From Thecamonas trahens ATCC 50062 (Eukaryota; Protista; Apusomonadida), in NCBI RefSeq assembly GCF_000142905.1, contig NW_013657595.1, forward strand, positions 1-10,901: a stretch of DNA of 10,901 nt, given 5' to 3'. A program made the translations under genes and the position numbers. A model generated the notes under the pieces. The model saw only the letters and a list, made by a program, of their open reading frames with translations, was not told the origin of the DNA and made no database searches. This document shows, piece after piece, positions 5,881 through 10,901 of this stretch (position 1 is its first letter; every line of letters starts with the position of its first letter).

Positions 5881-8800
5881 TCATTGGGTGGGCGGCAGCG
5901 GGGAAGCGTCTGCGAGCTCATCGTCGTATTCATACTCGTAGGCATATTCAAACTCGGCGTCGTCGCCAGGTGCGGCGTCGCCAGGTGCGGCGTCAGGTGA
6001 GATGTCATCTACCGCGGTGGCAGCGGTAGCAGCGGCGGCGGCAGCATCAGCAGCAGGAGGAGGAGGCGTCGGGTCAGCCGGCGCTAGCGGAAGCGCGGTG
6101 GGCGAAGGAGCCGCGGCTGGGGTGGGTTTGCGAGACTGAAGCGGCGTGCCAAGAGTGAGGGGATCACGGCCCAGGAGTGAGGCGGCTTCGTCTGCGGCGC
6201 GGCGCCGCTCGACACGGCGGCGGAGCTCCTCCTTGTAGCGGGCGTCCTCCTTGGAGTGGGTGCGGCGGAGGACCTTCTTGTTGTAGACCTGGAGCTGCTT
6301 GTTGGGCAGGCGGGCGATCTCCTGCTGAGTGAGGGTCTTGCCAAATGCGGCCATTTCAGCGTCGTACAGGTCGCGCGAGCGGACGTCGCGCTTTCCTTGG
6401 ACGGTAGCGAGGAGCTTGGAGTAGTCGCGCTCGTCGCCGAGGGCCAGGAGCTTGACCGACTCCATGGCAGAGCCGACGACGCCGACAAAGAACTTCTGCA
6501 GGTTGGTGAGGCCTGGGGCGTTGGCCGGGTCGACGTCGGCGTCCGGCTCGGCAGCATCGCCGTCACCGCCGAGTGCTCCAGAGAGGTCGTCGTACTCGTA
6601 CTCGTACTCGTACTCGTCGACGTCGGGAGCGACAGGCGGCGAGAGGGCATGCTTGCCGGGAGCCTGCGGGGAGCGCGGGTAGCGCGGCGTCGAGTCGAGC
6701 GAGGCTGGCCCCTGGGCGCGCTGCTGCGAGGAGCGGCGGACGGCCGAGGCGGCGGCTGAGGCAGGAATGCCTGGGATGAGCGAGTCGGTGACATCGAGCC
6801 GGTCGTCTGCGCGGGGCGAGTGCGGGATGATGTCGTGGTCGTCGGGCTGGCTGAGGCCGGTGACCTGCGAGTATACACCCATGATTTTGGGAAAGAGTGA
6901 GAGCGAAAGGCCGTTGCGGCGGAGGGCGGCTCGGACCTGATACTTGCCGGAGCGGCCTGGGGTGGGCTTGAGGAAGATGGCTGGGCGCGAGCCGTCGAGA
7001 CGGGGTGGGAGCTCAATGCGGAGAATGTCGAGGCGAGTATCGTCTTCCATGAACGGAAGGTAGCGGAAGAGGCGATCCTCGACGGCAACAACAAAGTCGT
7101 CGCGCTCGTCGGCGTTGGCGGGGAACAGACCACGGTTGCGCGGGTCTTCGGAGAGGCGGTCGAGGGTGTCGGAGAGACGGTCGACGGCCGGGTAGATGGG
7201 TGGGACGGCGAGCTTGACGACGATGCGGTTGTGGGTAATGAGCATGGGCCGGAGCAAGACCGAGGCGCCTGCGGCGATGGTGGAGGGCTTGCCGCCTGTC
7301 GATGCGAGGGTGCGCGGGGCCGGGGGCTCTGCATGTGGGGTGTAGCGCTTGTGACCGAGGAGGAAGGAGGCCCAGATGCCGGCGTGCCAGGCCATGAGGC
7401 GCCACTTGCGCATGAGCTCCGCAGTGCGTGCAGCAGGGAGGCGCTTGCCGGGCATGCCCGGGGCGAGGAAGCGGCCATCTGTGTCGAAGCGCGCTGGTTG
7501 GCCGGGGGCCGGGAGGCGGCGTTGTGGCGGCGACGAGGGGGCCAGGCCGAGGACGTCATGGACAGTGGCCGAGGTGGTGGCGTCGAGTCGGGCTTGCATG
7601 GCGGCTTTGGCGTCGTCGGGCGTGAGGCCGGCAAAGGCGCGGCCGGCGGCAACGGCTGGGCCCATGGTCTCTGCGAGAAGGGTGATGACGTCGGCCGGGA
7701 CAAGCGGCGCGTCCCAAAAGCCTGCCGAGGACGCCAGGTTGGCGTCGGGGAGCACCGAAGCGAACGAGGGAGTGGCAAAAGCGAGCTCGCGCATCGAATC
7801 GAGGGTGGGCAGCTCGAGCTTTGCGCGGAGTGAAGGGAGAAAGTGCTGGGCAATGGCAGACTGGAATTGAGTGTAGGAGAGGGTCGGCGCCTGGTCGACA
7901 ATGAGGCGCTGGAGGGAGGTGACCGACTTGCAGAGGAGGAGGCCCTTGCGGAGGAGCATGACGAGGACAGTGGCAAAGTAGTAGAGGGCATCAAAGCCGA
8001 AGAGAAGGCATGTGTCCCAGATGTAGAGGGTGACGTCCATCGAGGTTGTGCCGACAAAGGCGTGCTCGACCGGCTGGGAGAGGAGGGTAGCGAGGGTGGC
8101 TGCGGTCGATTCGCCGGCGTCTGCCGACGATTGGAAGACGGCAAGGAGGGCGGCGTGGAGCTCGGGGTCCGCGGCATTGAGCAGCGCCGAGAACTGGGCA
8201 GCAAACTGGTGCGAAGCCTGTCGCTCCGACTTGCGAGCCGAGTTTGCGACAAGGCGTGGGCGCGGCATCTTGGCAAGGCGCATAAGATAGCCGACGAGCG
8301 GGGCGGTGGAGGCGGAGCGGGCAGCGAGCGCGTCCTCAAAGACAAGGACAAGGGGAAGGGCGAGGTAGTAGATGCTCTCAGGAACGGGGCCCGAGGCGCG
8401 GGTGGCGTAGTACGAGATCATGGTCTTCATGGCGGTCATCTGCGTGACCGAGACGCGGAGGTGCGGAAAGACGGTGACAAAGAGCTCGCGGACGCGAAGG
8501 GTGACGGTCTCGTCGTCTGCGGCAAAGGTGGCGAGGGCCGAGTCGGCGACGCGGAGCTCATACTCGCGCTCCGCGGCCGGATGGATGAGGGCACGGCGCC
8601 AGATGAAGGCGCGCAGCGGGTTGACCAGGCGTTGGTTGACCAGCACGCCCAGGTTGCGCTCCTGATCGGGCCATTTGTCAAGGAGCGAGACGAGGGCGGC
8701 CGATGCCGAGTCGATCAGGGCGTCGGTCTTGGAGCGAGTGCCATACGCCGAGGTGCCAAACGAGGTGAGCGAGCGGAGCGCGGCCTCGGCCGAGGCCGAG

Positions 8801-9408
8801 AGAGCAGCGTCGACTGAGTTGGCAACTCGGTATGCAACCTGACGGTAGAGCGGCTCGGCAGCGAGCTCAAGCTCGATGCGCTGGATGAACAGAAGCTTGG
8901 CTTCGTCGTCGAGCTCGGAGAAAGAGGCGAGGCGCGAGGCCTTGAGATGTGTTTGGAGCTTGTCATACACCAGCGCCTTCAGGTGCTTCCACTCGGGCGT
9001 GTCAACGACGACAGCCTTGGCAGAGCCGACCCACTCGGGCGGCTCGAGGGTGTCAAGAAGCGGACCGACAACTGAGCCATCTGCAGCATCATGGCCGCCA
9101 AAGGCCGACGACGCGAGCGAGCGGCGTGAGGACGAGCCACCTCCACCTGTGGAGCGGCGGGTGGAGAGAAGCGATCGGCGGGTGGAAGAGCGAGCGACCG
9201 AGGAGCGACCGGTGGCAGAGCCTGGAGCCTTGCCGGCGACCAAGTGCGAGACGTGAGTCTTTGCCTGCGACGGAGTGTGACCGTGGTGGGAGTGGTGGGA
9301 GTGGTGGGAGTGGTGGGAGTGGTGGGCGCGGTGGGAGCGGGAGGAGGAGCGGCGTGAGGAGGAGCGGCGTGAGGAGCGGCGCGAGGAGGTAGAGCCGTGA
9401 GAGGACAT
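5881..9408 (-). CDS. TBC (Rab-GAP)-like domain protein, 1175 aa, catalytic motifs degenerate; long low-complexity N- and C-terminal regions
   Basis: First in-frame ATG at 9408 (the track's 9537 start is TTG); TGA at 5881-5883; C/G-ending codons. TBC-like segments: NPLRAFIWRRAL, ADPELHAAL, SMDVTLYIWDTCLLFGFDALYYFATVLVMLLRKGLL. Confidence 0.9.
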   Translation of the reverse strand: MSSHGSTSSRRSSRRSSSRRSSSRSHRAHHSHHSHHSHHSHHGHTPSQAKTHVSHLVAGKAPGSATGRSSVARSSTRRSLLSTRRSTGGGGSSSRRSLASSAFGGHDAADGSVVGPLLDTLEPPEWVGSAKAVVVDTPEWKHLKALVYDKLQTHLKASRLASFSELDDEAKLLFIQRIELELAAEPLYRQVAYRVANSVDAALSASAEAALRSLTSFGTSAYGTRSKTDALIDSASAALVSLLDKWPDQERNLGVLVNQRLVNPLRAFIWRRALIHPAAEREYELRVADSALATFAADDETVTLRVRELFVTVFPHLRVSVTQMTAMKTMISYYATRASGPVPESIYYLALPLVLVFEDALAARSASTAPLVGYLMRLAKMPRPRLVANSARKSERQASHQFAAQFSALLNAADPELHAALLAVFQSSADAGESTAATLATLLSQPVEHAFVGTTSMDVTLYIWDTCLLFGFDALYYFATVLVMLLRKGLLLCKSVTSLQRLIVDQAPTLSYTQFQSAIAQHFLPSLRAKLELPTLDSMRELAFATPSFASVLPDANLASSAGFWDAPLVPADVITLLAETMGPAVAAGRAFAGLTPDDAKAAMQARLDATTSATVHDVLGLAPSSPPQRRLPAPGQPARFDTDGRFLAPGMPGKRLPAARTAELMRKWRLMAWHAGIWASFLLGHKRYTPHAEPPAPRTLASTGGKPSTIAAGASVLLRPMLITHNRIVVKLAVPPIYPAVDRLSDTLDRLSEDPRNRGLFPANADERDDFVVAVEDRLFRYLPFMEDDTRLDILRIELPPRLDGSRPAIFLKPTPGRSGKYQVRAALRRNGLSLSLFPKIMGVYSQVTGLSQPDDHDIIPHSPRADDRLDVTDSLIPGIPASAAASAVRRSSQQRAQGPASLDSTPRYPRSPQAPGKHALSPPVAPDVDEYEYEYEYDDLSGALGGDGDAAEPDADVDPANAPGLTNLQKFFVGVVGSAMESVKLLALGDERDYSKLLATVQGKRDVRSRDLYDAEMAAFGKTLTQQEIARLPNKQLQVYNKKVLRRTHSKEDARYKEELRRRVERRRAADEAASLLGRDPLTLGTPLQSRKPTPAAAPSPTALPLAPADPTPPPPAADAAAAAATAATAVDDISPDAAPGDAAPGDDAEFEYAYEYEYDDELADASPLPPTQ
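5962..5991 (-). repeat. 15-nt tandem duplication encoding DAAPG-DAAPG
   Basis: gtcgccaggtgcggc x2 on the + strand. Confidence 0.9.
6590..6613 (-). repeat. (TCGTAC)4 encoding EYEYEYEY
   Basis: Four perfect hexamers. Confidence 0.9.
7846..8643 (-). other. TBC-like domain
   Basis: Order and spacing match the TBC scaffold motifs: lR..vW..lL, helix L..iL..y, a..ll, dPeL..hl, and v.riWD.fl..G...l...a. Confidence 0.7.
9283..9370 (-). repeat. Coding tandem repeats at the gene 2 N-terminus: 9-mer (HHS)n and 15-mer (RRSSS)2
   Basis: gtggtggga x4 plus one 8/9 copy (9283-9327); gaggaggagcggcgt x2 (9341-9370). Confidence 0.9.
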
Positions 9409-9965
9409 GTAGGATGAGAGGGTGTGTGTGTGGGGTGGGGCGGGGTGGGGTGTGGGGTGGGGGGTGGGGTGGGGGGGGGGGAAGGGGGTCAGGTGGTGAA
9501 GGTGTGTTGAATGGTCGGAGAACGAATGGTGCGGCAAGCCGGGAATAGTCGATGGCCCGAACGACTAGTTTAAGCCTACGAGAGATGATGATGATAATGG
9601 ACGGTACCGGTACTGATAAATGATGCATGCGATGGATGTGTGTATAGATGTGCGTATGCGTATGCGTATGCGTATGCGTATGCGCATGCGTGTTGTATGT
9701 GTTGTGAATGGGCGTGTGTGTGTTGTTGCGGTTCTGTAGGTGTGTTTGTGTTGGGTGGTCGGGTTGAGATCCTGCCAGTAGATGTTGTTGGCCAGGTGGG
9801 CGGCTGGCCGGCGGTCAAGGAGGTGGAGAGCACGTGCCGCGCAAGTGGTGGAGGCAGATTGGAGCGGAAGAGGAAACGGGAGTGTGAGGGGAAGGGGGAG
9901 GTGGGAAGGAGGACGGGGGAGGGCACAACTCGACTCTGTTTTGCATACGCTCCTTGTGTTCTGCA
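9409..9965. promoter_or_regulatory. Divergent intergenic region holding the promoters/5' UTRs of genes 2 and 3
   Basis: 557 bp between head-to-head ATGs; low-complexity, strongly G-skewed on +; no credible CDS. Confidence 0.65.
9651..9692. repeat. (TGCGTA)n microsatellite, 5 perfect and 2 variant copies
   Basis: tgcgta x5, tgcgca, tgcgtg; lies within perfect purine/pyrimidine alternation 9648-9693. Confidence 0.92.
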
Positions 9966-10520
9966 ATGACTATTACGGCGGTGACCGTGGCTCGGGTGGC
10001 ACTGGTGGTGGCGGTGTTGACGGTACTGCTGACGGGAGAGGCCGAGGCTGGGTGGTGGCAGACGGCGCGGCTGTACGAGAACAACATGTGCTGGCCGCAG
10101 TCGTCGGCTATTGCGCTTCATGGGACGCACAACGGCGGATGTACGCCGATCACCTGCCATCAGATCCCGGGCAGCGATTACTACATGTCGGCGACGTGCA
10201 TCAACTCCGCTCCGCCGTCCGTGGCCGACTTTCCGGTCTCGTGGCAGATATGGGACAACTATGGCTCGCCCTCATGCGCCTTCCACAAGCAGAATGAGAT
10301 CGTGGCGACCATGGACACCTCGTCGTGCATCGCGCTCACCAACGACTTTTACGCTCACATCTCGGTCGCCTCCAACAGGACGACCATCACCGAGTGCATC
10401 GACTCCGCCTGCAGGCACTGCGCCGGCCCCGTCACGACCATGCCCGTCGACGTCTGCGGCGAGGTTCATCTCAACGGCCGCCACCTCGGGTCGGGCTTCT
10501 TCACCCGCAACGGCATGTAA
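9966..10520 (+). CDS. Small secreted cysteine-rich protein (184 aa), function unknown
   Basis: ATG 9966 (the track's 9954 start is TTG) to TAA 10518-10520; signal peptide VARVALVVAVLTVLLTGEAEA with an AxA site; 10 Cys in the mature part; one N-glycosylation sequon (NRT); no TM anchor; C/G-ending codons. Confidence 0.88.
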   Translation: MTITAVTVARVALVVAVLTVLLTGEAEAGWWQTARLYENNMCWPQSSAIALHGTHNGGCTPITCHQIPGSDYYMSATCINSAPPSVADFPVSWQIWDNYGSPSCAFHKQNEIVATMDTSSCIALTNDFYAHISVASNRTTITECIDSACRHCAGPVTTMPVDVCGEVHLNGRHLGSGFFTRNGM

Positions 10521-10580
10521 CGCGGATGAGCAACAGCTTCGGCTTCTTGCATAGAGCAATTAACACGTGCATGTGCTCTG

Positions 10581-10901
10581 CTATGCGGCTACGACCAACA
10601 CGTGAGGAGATGGCGCATGTGGCGGGTGTGCTGCGGCCCGGGTGAAGGATTTGCTGCGCGAGATGGTCCGGCGGTGGGTGGTGTTTGACGCCGACAGCAA
10701 GGCTGTGATTGGGGCTGGCTGGTGGAGCGTGGTCGAGGTGGTGGGCGTGGTGGAGGGGATTGCGCGAAAGCGAGCGCGGCGACGGAGGAAGGCGCTGCCG
10801 ATGATGTAAGACAGCGGCGATGACGGGGAGTCGTCGTGTGTGATTGACGCCGTGAGCGATGCGGGGAGCAGCGGTTCAAGCTCAGAATCCAGCAGTGGGA
10901 T
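10581..10901 (-). CDS. Probable 3' end of a gene extending beyond the window (IPLLDSELEPLLPASL...HVLVVAA*)
   Basis: Minus frame open from the window edge for 106 codons to TAG at 10581-10583, mostly C/G-ending codons. A second minus frame (ending 10589) is also open, so the frame is uncertain. Confidence 0.45.
   Translation of the reverse strand: MPLLDSELEPLLPASLTASITHDDSPSSPLSYIIGSAFLRRRARFRAIPSTTPTTSTTLHQPAPITALLSASNTTHRRTISRSKSFTRAAAHPPHAPSPHVLVVAA

Noticed and set aside
6084-8351. 755-aa alternative-frame ORF inside gene 2
   Set aside because: Ser/Pro/Arg-rich frame-shift shadow expected from high GC3; no domain-like content.
153-9392. Many 60-320 aa overlapping sense and antisense ORFs
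   Set aside because: Stop-poor shadows of two GC-rich genes; many have non-ATG starts and low-complexity translations.
9409-9537. N-terminal extension of gene 2 from TTG 9537 (likewise TTG 9954 for gene 3)
   Set aside because: Eukaryotic context favours ATG; the extension merely translates the C-rich leader into His/Pro runs.
9604-9613. 10-bp palindrome GTACCGGTAC
   Set aside because: A single short palindrome is expected by chance in 11 kb.
9565-10297. ORFs across the divergent spacer (AYAYAY / RIRIRI)
   Set aside because: Translations of the microsatellite and skewed sequence; no coding bias.
9831-10604. CACGTG E-boxes at 9831, 10564 and 10599
   Set aside because: The hexamer also occurs within coding sequence here; two copies lie at a convergent junction rather than a promoter; not distinguishable from chance.
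1-10901. CRISPR array, tRNA/rRNA, transposon, spliceosomal introns
   Set aside because: No repeat-spacer structure, RNA-gene hallmarks, terminal repeats or transposase motifs were seen; the ORFs are continuous with intact domains, so no intron is needed.

Overview
A GC-rich, gene-dense, apparently intron-free eukaryotic locus, most likely from a unicellular protist (the style recalls the apusomonad Thecamonas; this is inference only). Genes alternate in orientation. (1) 119..5869 (+): a 1916-aa surface protein with signal peptide, bacterial-type PPC-like module, LNR-like Cys motif, CUB, EGF, 2xPSI, EGF, six Kelch repeats, IPT/TIG-like domain, GCC2_GCC3-type Cys repeats and about 9-10 hydrophobic segments. 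In effect it is an attractin/MEGF8-type ectodomain on a polytopic membrane domain. (2) 5881..9408 (-): a 1175-aa protein whose stop codon lies only 11 bp from that of gene 1. It has a TBC (Rab-GAP)-like domain lacking recognisable catalytic fingers, a candidate calmodulin-binding helix and two (Glu-Tyr)n acidic motifs. (3) 9966..10520 (+): a 184-aa secreted protein with 10 Cys, divergent from gene 2 across a 557-bp spacer that holds two G-quadruplex-type tracts and a Z-DNA-type microsatellite. (4) The probable 3' end of a fourth gene on the minus strand at the right edge. No RNA genes, mobile elements or CRISPR arrays were seen. All domain calls are motif recognition by eye, not database results.
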